Positions 7,858-16,597 of a stretch of DNA of 64,000 nt are shown here, in pieces (position 1 is the first letter of the stretch; each line of letters opens with the position of its first letter). The notes beneath the pieces are model-generated. The model had not been told where the DNA came from. It did not search any database and was given only the letters and a program-made list of their open reading frames with translations. Both the position numbers and the translations under genes were made by a program. The stretch is from an uncultured actinomycete (GTDB taxonomy: Bacteria > Actinomycetota > Acidimicrobiia > Spongiisociales > UBA5794), in the NCBI GenBank assembly GCA_942491345.1, contig CALOAN010000021.1, positions 261,355 to 325,354 on the forward strand. Reading direction: 5' to 3'.

Positions 7858-10335
7858 ATGGTGGCGATGGCGACCCAACCGACCACCGGACGGGGCACCC
7901 TCGGCACTTTCGCCGGGGTGTTCACGCCGTCGATCCTCACCATCCTCGGGATCATCCTGTTCCTGCGGATGGGGTTCGTGGTCGGCAACGCCGGACTCAC
8001 CCAGACGCTGCTGATCATCGGCCTGGCGACCGGCGTCGCGGTACTGACGAGCATCTCGCTTGCGGCTATCGCCACCAACATTCAAGTGAGGGGAGGCGGC
8101 GACTACTACCTCATCTCGAGGACACTCGGCGTGGAGTTCGGCGGTGCCATCGGGGTTGTCCTCTTCCTGGCACAGTCGGTCTCGGTCGGGTTCTATGCGA
8201 TCGGCTTCGGTGAGATCACCGCCGACCTCCTCGGATTCGACTCGAAGATCTCGGTGCAGATCATTGCTCTGCTCGCCGTCCTCCTGCTGTCCGGATTCGT
8301 GTGGGCCGGCGCCGACGTCGCCAGCCGGTTCCAGTTCGTCGTGATGGCCTTCCTCGTTGCCGCTCTCCTTTCCTTCTATGCCGGTGCCTTCGGCTCTGCA
8401 GATTCGGTGACCCTCAGTGAGGGCTGGAGTTCGCCGCCGGAGGCACTCGGCTTTTGGGCCGTGTTCGCCATCTTCTTCCCCGCCGTCACCGGCTTCACTC
8501 AGGGCGTCAGCATGTCCGGGGATCTCAAGGATCCAGCCAAGAGCCTGCCGCGCGGAACGTTCGCCGCGGTTGGCCTGTCGACGATCGTGTACGTGACCGT
8601 GGCGATCATCCTCGCGGCGTCGGTGCCGCAGATTCTCCTGGTGGACGATGCAGGAGAGGCGATGCGCACGATCGCCCTGATCGGACCGCTCATCGTCATC
8701 GGAGTCATCGCCGCGACGCTTTCGTCGGCGATGGCCTCGTTCCTCGGTGCTCCGCGCATCCTTCAGTCGCTGGCCTCGGATCGCGTGTTCCCGGTGCTCA
8801 ACGTCTTCGCCAGGGGTCACGGACCGCAGTCGAATCCGCGCCTGGCGGCGCTGCTCTCGCTCGCGATCGCGATCCTCACCCTCGGCCTCGGCAGCCTCGA
8901 TGCCATTGCGGCGGTGGTGTCGATGTTCTTCCTCATCTCCTACGGACTGCTCAACTACGCGACGTACTGGGAAGCACGCGCCAAGAGCCCGTCATTCCGC
9001 CCCCGGTTCCGATTCTTCGATCAACGCCTCAGCCTCCTCGGAGCCGTCGCCTGCCTTGGTGCGATGCTGGCGATCAATGTGATCGCCGGCGCTGCGGCGC
9101 TGCTCGTCATGTTCGGCGTATACCAGTACCTCTCCCGACGACGGTCGCCGGAACGCTGGGCCGACTCTGCGCCATCTCATTACTTCCAGCGAGCGACCGA
9201 GAGCATCCGTTCCCTATCCAAAGAAGAGCAACACGCCCGCAATTGGCGCCCGCAGGTGCTCGCATTCTCAGCGGACCCGCGGCGTCGCGAACGGCTGATC
9301 CGCTTCGCATCGTGGCTCGAGGGAGGAAGCGGCTTTACCGCCGCGATCCGCGTGCTGGAAGGTGAAGGCGCTCTCATGCGCCGCGAGCGAGACCGGGCAG
9401 AGGCTGAGCTTCGCGAGCAGATCGAACAGCTGGACCTCGATGTCTACTCGCGTGTTGTCCTAGCAGCGGACTCGATGGAGGGATTGCCGGTGGTGGTGCA
9501 GTCGTTCGGAATCGGCGCGCTGGAGGCGAACACGGCCTTGTTTGGCTGGCCGGAGGATCCGAACGAGGAGCGTCGTGTCCCGTACATCCGATCCCTCCTC
9601 GACATCTCCCGGCTCGGGGTGAACGTCGTCGCGATGTGGAGCGATGAACAACGCTGGGGGGCCATGACGGCGCGGTCCAGGCGAAACCGCCGAATCGATG
9701 TCTGGTGGAACGACGGCGACTCGAGCCGCCTGGCGCTGCTGGTCGCGTACCTCTTCACACGGAACTCGGAGTGGTCACGCGCCTCGATTCGTGTTCTGGC
9801 CGGGGCCAGCGCGGAAGGCCTCGTCCAGCGGCGTGCCGAGCTAGCCGCGATGCTCGAGGAGGCTCGAATCCAGGCCGACGTCGTTTGCCTTATCGAACCT
9901 GACCAGGCGACCATCGTCAACGCGTGTGCCGATGCAGCCTTGGTCCTCGTCACCATGCGGATCCGAGGCGACGACACGTTGGATGCCCTCGGCGGTGATC
10001 TTGACCTGCTCCTGCGCCGCCTGCCTATGGCGGCCGCAGTACTGGCGGGAGAGTCGTTCGATCTCCTTGCCGGACCCGAATCTGGTCATCATGAATCGCT
10101 GACGGAGGCGGAGGAGGCGCTCGCGGAGGCCAAAGCACGGCTTGCGACGCTCGAGAAGAAGCTGGTTGAGGCCTCGGCAGCTCTTGAGGTCGCGGTCGCG
10201 ACCGACGGGTCTGGTCCGGGCGACGACTTCGAGGACCTCGACCGTCAGCGCGAGATCGTGCTGCGGCGGACCATCAAGGCTCGCGTTCGCGTCGAATCAG
10301 CGCAGGCCGACGTCGATGCGTTGCTGGTCCCTTAG
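7858..10335 (+). CDS. Cation-chloride cotransporter-like (SLC12/CCC, APC superfamily) transporter with large cytoplasmic C-terminal domain
   Basis: GTLGTFAGVFTPSILTILGIILFLRMGFVVGNAGL is the typical CCC N-terminal TM1 motif. About 12 TM segments are followed by a roughly 350-aa soluble domain. Confidence 0.8.
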   Translation: MVAMATQPTTGRGTLGTFAGVFTPSILTILGIILFLRMGFVVGNAGLTQTLLIIGLATGVAVLTSISLAAIATNIQVRGGGDYYLISRTLGVEFGGAIGVVLFLAQSVSVGFYAIGFGEITADLLGFDSKISVQIIALLAVLLLSGFVWAGADVASRFQFVVMAFLVAALLSFYAGAFGSADSVTLSEGWSSPPEALGFWAVFAIFFPAVTGFTQGVSMSGDLKDPAKSLPRGTFAAVGLSTIVYVTVAIILAASVPQILLVDDAGEAMRTIALIGPLIVIGVIAATLSSAMASFLGAPRILQSLASDRVFPVLNVFARGHGPQSNPRLAALLSLAIAILTLGLGSLDAIAAVVSMFFLISYGLLNYATYWEARAKSPSFRPRFRFFDQRLSLLGAVACLGAMLAINVIAGAAALLVMFGVYQYLSRRRSPERWADSAPSHYFQRATESIRSLSKEEQHARNWRPQVLAFSADPRRRERLIRFASWLEGGSGFTAAIRVLEGEGALMRRERDRAEAELREQIEQLDLDVYSRVVLAADSMEGLPVVVQSFGIGALEANTALFGWPEDPNEERRVPYIRSLLDISRLGVNVVAMWSDEQRWGAMTARSRRNRRIDVWWNDGDSSRLALLVAYLFTRNSEWSRASIRVLAGASAEGLVQRRAELAAMLEEARIQADVVCLIEPDQATIVNACADAALVLVTMRIRGDDTLDALGGDLDLLLRRLPMAAAVLAGESFDLLAGPESGHHESLTEAEEALAEAKARLATLEKKLVEASAALEVAVATDGSGPGDDFEDLDRQREIVLRRTIKARVRVESAQADVDALLVP

Positions 10336-10418
10336 CTCTCACACGAACGGAAGAAGCTCGGTGAGTGGAGTTCCGCCTGGTACCGTCATCTGCAGGTGAG
10401 CATGAGAAGGAGGAGACG

Positions 10419-10604
10419 ATGGGTGATTTCCTGAAGGCCCTATTGGCGGCGTTCATTGCATTTGCACTGTTCACGTTCCCGGCGACCTGGCTGTTGATGC
10501 TGTTCTTCGGGAATATCGGCTGGGAACTGTCCTATGTGGGAACCCTCCCTCTCGGGATCCTGGTCTCGGTCCTGCTCGGTGGCGTACTCAGCCGTCCCTG
10601 GTAG
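10419..10604 (+). CDS. Small hydrophobic protein (61 aa), unknown function
   Basis: AAGGAGGAG RBS lies 5 nt upstream of the ATG at 10419. Two predicted TM helices. Followed by a strong terminator. Confidence 0.5.
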   Translation: MGDFLKALLAAFIAFALFTFPATWLLMLFFGNIGWELSYVGTLPLGILVSVLLGGVLSRPW

Positions 10605-10628
10605 AACGTCGTCAGAAGACAATCGCAG

Positions 10629-10666
10629 AGAGGCGACCTCGCACTCGAGGTCGCCTCTTCTTCGTT
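10629..10666. terminator. Bidirectional intrinsic terminator between convergent genes
   Basis: AGAGGCGACCTCG-cact-CGAGGTCGCCTCT (13-bp stem) followed by tcttcgtt. Confidence 0.7.
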
Positions 10667-10699
10667 CCGTCGTGCGCTGCCGACGTGGAGTTCGTGTTG

Positions 10700-11440
10700 T
10701 CACCTACTCGCATGGTCGGGCCGCGTAAGGCCGATTGTCACGCTTGCGATGAGCACCCAGACTGGGAACCCGACTCCGATCGGTTCGAACACGAGAGGGA
10801 ACAGGAACAGGAGCGCTCCTCCTGCATACCCGAGGAACGCGAGCCAATTGGGGAGTACCGGTGCGCGCAGGATCAGAGTCGAGGTCGTGAACATGAAGAC
10901 AGCCTGCATACGGGGTCCAATGACGAGGAGCAGTCCGGTGGCGGTGCCGATCGCGTACGTCGCAGATGCCTGGTCGACCGATGCATTGTCGACCACCGAG
11001 AATGCAAGCGCTGGCGCCGCGAGTGCGACCGCGCCTGTGATGTAGGTTGCGACGTAGAGAACCGCCGATCCGAGGAATACCGTCGAGAAGAACCGATCCT
11101 CATGATCGCCGATCCTTCGTCGAATGACGGCGACAAACCAGAGAAACGCCACCGATGCGATCGACACAAGGCTCAAGCCGACGGTGAGCGTGGCCCGATT
11201 CCCGGCATCTTCGAACCAACTGATTGCCGTTCCGTTCGCGAGGCTCAGATCAGCGGGGAGGCGCAGCAGGAACAGCGCCACGATCGTGAGCACGGCGTAG
11301 GCGACGCCCGCGATCGCAGCGGACTCGATTGACCGCAACCGCTCGCGTCTCGGAACGCCGCTCACCCGGCGAGTATGGCACGACCCCAGCCGCCGGTCGT
11401 TGTGCGAGTCGGAGGAGACACAATCATCTCCTCGGAGCAC
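10700..11440 (-). CDS. Integral membrane protein, unknown function (start uncertain)
   Basis: Six or more hydrophobic segments. Possible GTG starts at 11440 or 11365. I recognised no family. Confidence 0.5.
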   Translation of the reverse strand: MLRGDDCVSSDSHNDRRLGSCHTRRVSGVPRRERLRSIESAAIAGVAYAVLTIVALFLLRLPADLSLANGTAISWFEDAGNRATLTVGLSLVSIASVAFLWFVAVIRRRIGDHEDRFFSTVFLGSAVLYVATYITGAVALAAPALAFSVVDNASVDQASATYAIGTATGLLLVIGPRMQAVFMFTTSTLILRAPVLPNWLAFLGYAGGALLFLFPLVFEPIGVGFPVWVLIASVTIGLTRPDHASR

Positions 11441-11544
11441 CGCGCGGTTCCACCATTCTGGCGATTCTCAGCGTTGCTGGCCGGAGCCGCCCCCACTTCT
11501 GTACCCAAGTCGGACTCCCGTTGGGGAGGCCGATGCTTCGCTCT

Positions 11545-11937
11545 CTAGCCGGCCGCGGTGGTGGTGGGTGCCGGTGCCTCCGTCGTCGTCGCTGCCGGAG
11601 CCGTCGTGTCCGTCGAGTCATCGCCGGATGCGTTCATGAGGACGGCGATCAGTACGACGATCGCGATGATCGCGAGGACCACCCCGATGATCGTCCCGAA
11701 CGCGGATCCGCGTTTCTGGGTGACTTGAACGGTCGTTGCTGGCTGGGGCTGCGGCGGAACCGGTGCCTCCGTGCCGGGGGCCGGTGGAGCACTTGCGACA
11801 TCCGCACCCATGGGATCGGGATCCGTCCCGGTGTTGCCTCCCGAGCTCACCTGGTTGGTCCATTGTGCGCCGTTCCAATACCGATATGAGTACTTGGTGG
11901 TCGGGTCGGTGTACCAACCGGCTGGTCGCTGAGACAT
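11545..11937 (-). CDS. DUF2510 domain protein with C-terminal TM anchor
   Basis: The N-terminal PAGWYTDPTTKYSYRYWNGAQWT motif is typical of DUF2510. A Pro/Thr-rich linker and one TM helix follow. Confidence 0.7.
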   Translation of the reverse strand: MSQRPAGWYTDPTTKYSYRYWNGAQWTNQVSSGGNTGTDPDPMGADVASAPPAPGTEAPVPPQPQPATTVQVTQKRGSAFGTIIGVVLAIIAIVVLIAVLMNASGDDSTDTTAPAATTTEAPAPTTTAAG

Positions 11938-12060
11938 GTGTTCTCCTTCGTCGTGCTGTGTTCACCCTACGACGTTGGTCCTGCTGAATGGACCACCCTA
12001 ATTGGGTACCTATGCGGAATTGGGTTGATTTCTTGGCTGGGGACGGTCGTTCGCGGCAGG

Positions 12061-13104
12061 TCAGCTTATGTGGGCAATGGCTCGACCTGTTGATCCGAAG
12101 AGATGGAACCGGCGTGTCCAGATCTCGACCTCATCGCCGATGCTCGGGTCGTCCTCATTGAATCGCATCACGATCTTGTCGGACCCAAGGTCGACATCCG
12201 CAAAACTGTGGGCACCGTGACGCTCGAGTGCCCCGACAACGCCGCGCATTCCCGCTGTCGGCACGACGTCCCAGTCGTGAGGTCGAATTCCAACGACGAC
12301 CGGACCCGCCGGAGTCTGCGGAGGCACCGGGAGTGATCCTGCACCCAGGTGAACCTCCCTGCCCGAGACCGTGCCGCGCAGGAACGACATTGACGGCGAG
12401 CCGACGAATCCAGCGACAAACGTGTCGACCGGCTGGTGGTAGACCTCGTCTGGTGTACCGAGTTGGCGGATACGACCACCGTCGATGACGGCGATGCGGT
12501 CGGCGACCGCCATCGCCTCCTCCTGATCGTTCGTTGCATAGAGCGTGGTGACGCCGTAGCCCGCCTGGAGCAGCCGAATCTCGGAACGCATCATCTGGCG
12601 ATTTGCTGTGTCCATCCGCGAGAGGGGCTCGTCGAGAAGGAAGAGTGACGGACGCCGCACCAGGGCGCGCGCCGCCTGAACGAGCTGTTGGTGCCCGGCG
12701 GCGAGCTGGCTCGGCATGCGGTCGAGGAAACGGTCGATGGCCATCGTTCGCGTCTCAGCGAGGACGCGACGGTCGATCTCTTCCCGATCGACGTGTCGAA
12801 CTTGGAGAGGGAATGAGACGTTTTGCCTGACCGTCTTTCCCGGGATGAGGGCATTGTCCTGGAAGACCATCGCCACGTCGCGACGGGCGGGGGCAACACC
12901 GTCCATGCTCCGGCCATCAAACAGGACGTCACCGCTTGTCGCCTTCTCGAGGCCGGCGACCACGCGCAGCAATGTCGTCTTCCCACTCCCGGACGGCCCG
13001 ATGAGCACGAGGAGTTCCTGATCTTCCACGGAAAGCGTCAAGTGGTCGATCAGGACAACACCCGAACGCTCCACCAGAACCGAGTCGAGCAAGACGGAAG
13101 CCAT
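12061..13104 (-). CDS. MalK/MsiK-like ABC ATPase with degenerate signature and H-loop motifs
   Basis: Walker A GPSGSGKTT and Walker B LFLLDEP are intact. The signature is LAAGH (not LSGGQ) and the H-loop is ATNDQ (His replaced by Asn). A C-terminal MalK-type regulatory domain is present. No permease or binding-protein gene is adjacent. Confidence 0.85.
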   Translation of the reverse strand: MASVLLDSVLVERSGVVLIDHLTLSVEDQELLVLIGPSGSGKTTLLRVVAGLEKATSGDVLFDGRSMDGVAPARRDVAMVFQDNALIPGKTVRQNVSFPLQVRHVDREEIDRRVLAETRTMAIDRFLDRMPSQLAAGHQQLVQAARALVRRPSLFLLDEPLSRMDTANRQMMRSEIRLLQAGYGVTTLYATNDQEEAMAVADRIAVIDGGRIRQLGTPDEVYHQPVDTFVAGFVGSPSMSFLRGTVSGREVHLGAGSLPVPPQTPAGPVVVGIRPHDWDVVPTAGMRGVVGALERHGAHSFADVDLGSDKIVMRFNEDDPSIGDEVEIWTRRFHLFGSTGRAIAHIS

Positions 13105-13147
13105 GGGTCGAGGGTACTGGGTCGTGCCGGTTCGGGGCCCGGGAGAT

Positions 13148-13275
13148 GAGACTCGAGATCCGAGACTCGAGATCCGCGGCGGGCCTCATCTGCGCGATCC
13201 GAACTCCCAAAGCCCCCTCTGCGCCCGAGCATCGGCTCGGCCGCGTCTCCCCCACTTCGTGGGGGAGACGGAGAT
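13148..13275. repeat. GC-rich mosaic element copy (14-bp doublet + X module + H1 hairpin)
   Basis: gagactcgagatcc x2 (13148-13175), then gggcctcatctgcgcgatcc...agccccctctgcg, then CGTCTCCCCCAC-ttc-GTGGGGGAGACG (13244-13270). Collinear with 39875-39998. Confidence 0.75.
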
Positions 13276-13290
13276 TGGTGGCTGTCTATT

Positions 13291-14292
13291 TCACGCCAAT
13301 GTGGCGACCATTACTGCTTTGATGGTGTGGAGGCGGTTCTCGGCTTGGTCGAAGACGATGCTGGCGGGGGATTCGAAGACCTCTTCAGTCACCTCGAGGC
13401 CGTCCGGCATGTTCGTGGCTTCCATCATCTGCTTGCCGACCGTCGTATTCGCATCGTGGAACGCCGGCAGGCAGTGCATGAACTTGACCGCAGGATTGCC
13501 CGACGCGGCCATCAACGCCGCGTTCACCTGATAGGCCTTCAGCAGGTTGACCCGATCGATCCAGACGTCCTTCGATTCGCCCATCGAGACCCAGACATCG
13601 GTGTGGATGAAGTCGACGCCCTTCACTGCAGCCTGCGGGTCTTCGGTCACGGTGATCGTGGCGCCGGTGTGCTGCGCGATCTCGTTCGCGATCTCGAGAA
13701 CGTCGGCCGGGGGAGCGAGTTCTGCCGGTCCAGACAGGCGGATGTCGCTCCCCATGATTGCAGCCATCACGATGTGGGACCTCGCCATGTTGAAGCGGAG
13801 ATCGCCCATGAATGCGTACGAAAGCTCGCTGTAGGGTTTGCCGCTGGCCTCGTGCATGGTGAGGAAGTCGGCGAGCATCTGCGTGGGATGCCATTCCGCG
13901 GTCAGGCCGTTGTAGACCGGCACACCGGCGTGTTCGACGAGTGCCTCGGCATCGACCTGGGATGCGCCTCGGTACTCGATGGCATCGTACATACGGCCCA
14001 AGACCCGGGCCGTATCGGCCGTGGACTCCTTGTGGCCCATCTGTGATCCGGACGGGTCGAGGTAGGTGACGTGCGCCCCCTGATCGAAGGCGGCGACCTC
14101 GAAAGCGGCGCGTGTCCTTGTTGACGTCTTCTCGAAGAGGAGAGCTATGTTCTTGCCGGTGAGCTGCGGCTGTTCGGTCCCCGCGTACTTGGCGGTCTTG
14201 AGGGCCGAAGAGAGGTCGAGGAGGAACAGCATCTCTTTCGGGTCGAAGTCGATCTCCTTGACGAAGCTCCGGTTCTTCAGGTTGTAGGCCAT
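13291..14292 (-). CDS. Ornithine carbamoyltransferase (N-terminus resembles catabolic ArcB type)
   Basis: [10 protein letters not shown]...FEKTSTRTR...HPTQ...HCLPAF are OTCase motifs. The start at 14292 was chosen by analogy with the ArcB N-terminus; the ORF maximum is 14319. Confidence 0.9.
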   Translation of the reverse strand: MAYNLKNRSFVKEIDFDPKEMLFLLDLSSALKTAKYAGTEQPQLTGKNIALLFEKTSTRTRAAFEVAAFDQGAHVTYLDPSGSQMGHKESTADTARVLGRMYDAIEYRGASQVDAEALVEHAGVPVYNGLTAEWHPTQMLADFLTMHEASGKPYSELSYAFMGDLRFNMARSHIVMAAIMGSDIRLSGPAELAPPADVLEIANEIAQHTGATITVTEDPQAAVKGVDFIHTDVWVSMGESKDVWIDRVNLLKAYQVNAALMAASGNPAVKFMHCLPAFHDANTTVGKQMMEATNMPDGLEVTEEVFESPASIVFDQAENRLHTIKAVMVATLA

Positions 14293-14366
14293 GGGAGGTC
14301 CCTTCTGTTTGAATGACATGCAGCCATCGCCGACCCGAGTTGCGCCGGCGACGGGGTCGTTGTCGG

Positions 14367-15707
14367 CTAGGCCAGGTCGTGTTCCGCTATGAACGCCGAG
14401 AGGATGCCCTCGAGGTTCGGCAAGCCGATCTCCTGAAGGTCGTAGTAGACCCGTGTGTTCGGCTTCTTGATGTCGATGATACGGGCCAAGTCGATTGGTG
14501 TGCCGATGACGACCGCATCACAGTCCGTGGCGTTGATCGTCGCTTCGAGATCACGAAGCTGCTCTTCGCCGTATCCCATGGCGGGAAGGATCGTCCCGAT
14601 CTCCGGGTAGATTTCAAACGTCTCTTTGAGCTTCCCGACGAGGAACGGCCTCGGGTCGACGAACTCCGAGGCGCCGTACTTGGTGGCTGCCACCACGCCG
14701 GCGCCGATCTTCATGCCGCCATGGGTGAGGGTTGGGCCGTCCTCGACGACGAGCACCCGTTTGCGTGCGACCACAGAGGGATCATCCATTGCGATCGTCG
14801 ACGCCGCTTCGACGATCGTCGCATCCGGATTCACTGCCGCGATGTTCGCGCGCACCGTCTCGATCCCCGCCAGGTCGGCCGAGTCGATCTTGTTGATCAC
14901 GGCCACGTCCGCAAGGCGCACATTGACCTCGCCCGGGTAGTAGCTCAGCTCGTGGCCGGGGCGGTGCGGATCCGCCACCGTGAGGTAGAGATCGCTCTCG
15001 TAGAACGAGAAGTCATTGTTGCCGCCGTCCCACACGATCACGTCACACCCGTCCGGGTCTTCCTCGGCGGCCCTGACGATGGCTTCGTAGTCGACTCCTG
15101 CGTAGATCACGTTGCCGCGCACGATGTGTGGCTCGTACTCCTCCATCTCTTCGATGGTGCAGTCGTGCTTCTCCAGGTCGGAGAGCTCCGCGAAGCGCTG
15201 AACCTTCTGAGCGACCAGGTCGCCGTACGGCATCGGATGTCGGATGGCGACCGGCTTCAGCCCCGACTCCATCAGAATCTCGATCACGCGGCGCGTCGTT
15301 TGGCTCTTGCCTGAACCGGTGCGTACGGCACAGACCGAGATCACCGGCTTCGTGCTCTTGACCATCGTGTCGTTCGGGCCGAGGAGAATGAAGGAAGCGC
15401 CCGCTGCGGCCACGATGGCGTCAATCCGCATCACATGGGTGTACGAGATGTCGCTGTATGAGAACGCGCACTCGTCGGCATCGAGTTCCTTGATCAGCTC
15501 GGCGAGGCGCTCCTCGGGATAGATCGGAATGCCGTCCGGATAGAGCGGCCCCGCGAGCTCCGCGGGGTACCTGCGGTCGTCGATCCCCGGGATCTGCTCT
15601 GCCGTGAACGCCAAGACCTTCACACTCTCGTCGTCCCGGTAGCGGGTGTTGAAGTTGTGGAAGTCGCGTCCTGCGGCCCCGATGATGATCACTCGACGCT
15701 GTCTCAT
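14367..15707 (-). CDS. P-loop protein of the cyclic 2,3-diphosphoglycerate synthetase-like family (COG2403-type predicted GTPase)
   Basis: N-terminal Rossmann-like [14 protein letters not shown], central Walker [14 protein letters not shown], 446 aa. Family recognition is from memory only. Confidence 0.6.
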   Translation of the reverse strand: MRQRRVIIIGAAGRDFHNFNTRYRDDESVKVLAFTAEQIPGIDDRRYPAELAGPLYPDGIPIYPEERLAELIKELDADECAFSYSDISYTHVMRIDAIVAAAGASFILLGPNDTMVKSTKPVISVCAVRTGSGKSQTTRRVIEILMESGLKPVAIRHPMPYGDLVAQKVQRFAELSDLEKHDCTIEEMEEYEPHIVRGNVIYAGVDYEAIVRAAEEDPDGCDVIVWDGGNNDFSFYESDLYLTVADPHRPGHELSYYPGEVNVRLADVAVINKIDSADLAGIETVRANIAAVNPDATIVEAASTIAMDDPSVVARKRVLVVEDGPTLTHGGMKIGAGVVAATKYGASEFVDPRPFLVGKLKETFEIYPEIGTILPAMGYGEEQLRDLEATINATDCDAVVIGTPIDLARIIDIKKPNTRVYYDLQEIGLPNLEGILSAFIAEHDLA

Positions 15708-15765
15708 GTGACGGCTCCGTTCGTAGCGGCTGCTCTGTAATGCACGATAGGGACGCAGAATAGCA

Positions 15766-15781
15766 CCTATCGGACGATAGG
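15766..15781. promoter_or_regulatory. Candidate TetR operator in a divergent promoter region
   Basis: CCTATCG-ga-CGATAGG inverted repeat, plus an extra CGATAGG half-site at 15745-15751, between the CPGS-like gene start (15707) and the TetR gene. Confidence 0.45.
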
Positions 15782-15873
15782 GTGAGTGGTTGGGCCTCGG
15801 TCAGAACATGGAACAGCGCCTTCTCCCGGACGCCCACGAGGTGGTAGCCTATCAATCGCTAGAGAGGGATCTG

Positions 15874-16524
15874 ATGGTTGACGAACCTGCAGGATTCGAG
15901 GAGCCGACCACCCGGCAGCGAATCTTGACGGCAGCATCCACGCTCTTCGCGCAGAAGGGCTACCACGGCACTTCGACCCGAGAGATTGCCACAGCGGTTG
16001 GAATCCAACAGCCCTCGCTCTTCCATCACTTCGGGTCGAAGGAAGCGATCATGGGCGAACTCATCGACTTCGATCTCGACGAACCGCTCGCCGTCGCCGA
16101 ACGGGAAGCCGTCGCCGAAGGGTCGCCTGCGGTGCGCCTCTATCGATACCTGGCCTGGGACGTTGAATACCTCTGCCGGTCCCCGTACAACCTGTCGCCG
16201 GTGCACCTCATGGTGTCCGACCCCGTCTTCATTGGAGCGATCGAGCGATATGGGAGGCTGGTCGAAGCTCGGGAATCACTGATCCGGGAGGCGATTGACG
16301 CAGGGGAATTCATCGATGTGGACCCCTCGTTCGCCCAGAAAGCCATTCTCTGGATGATCGGCGGCACGACCGCCGACGCAGAAGCGCAGACGCCTGAGCA
16401 GGCGCGTGCGACGGCCAACCGCCTTGCTTCCTTCGCCGTTCGTGCGCTGCTGCGAGATCCGGAGGAACTTGAACAGATCAGAGAAGGAGCCGGGTATGCC
16501 GGGGAAGGCACCCCGGTCGGATGA
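15874..16524 (+). CDS. TetR-family transcriptional regulator
   Basis: TRQRILTAASTLFAQKGYHGTSTREIATAVGIQQPSLFHHFGSKEAI is a TetR HTH. Start is uncertain (15874 with a GAGGGA RBS; alternatives 15808 and 15790). Confidence 0.8.
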   Translation: MVDEPAGFEEPTTRQRILTAASTLFAQKGYHGTSTREIATAVGIQQPSLFHHFGSKEAIMGELIDFDLDEPLAVAEREAVAEGSPAVRLYRYLAWDVEYLCRSPYNLSPVHLMVSDPVFIGAIERYGRLVEARESLIREAIDAGEFIDVDPSFAQKAILWMIGGTTADAEAQTPEQARATANRLASFAVRALLRDPEELEQIREGAGYAGEGTPVG

Positions 16525-16597
16525 AACGGCTCGAGCCAGAGAGAGACGATGGGACACCCATTGAGCGATAGACCAACCGAAGTGAGAGGTGGTTGAC

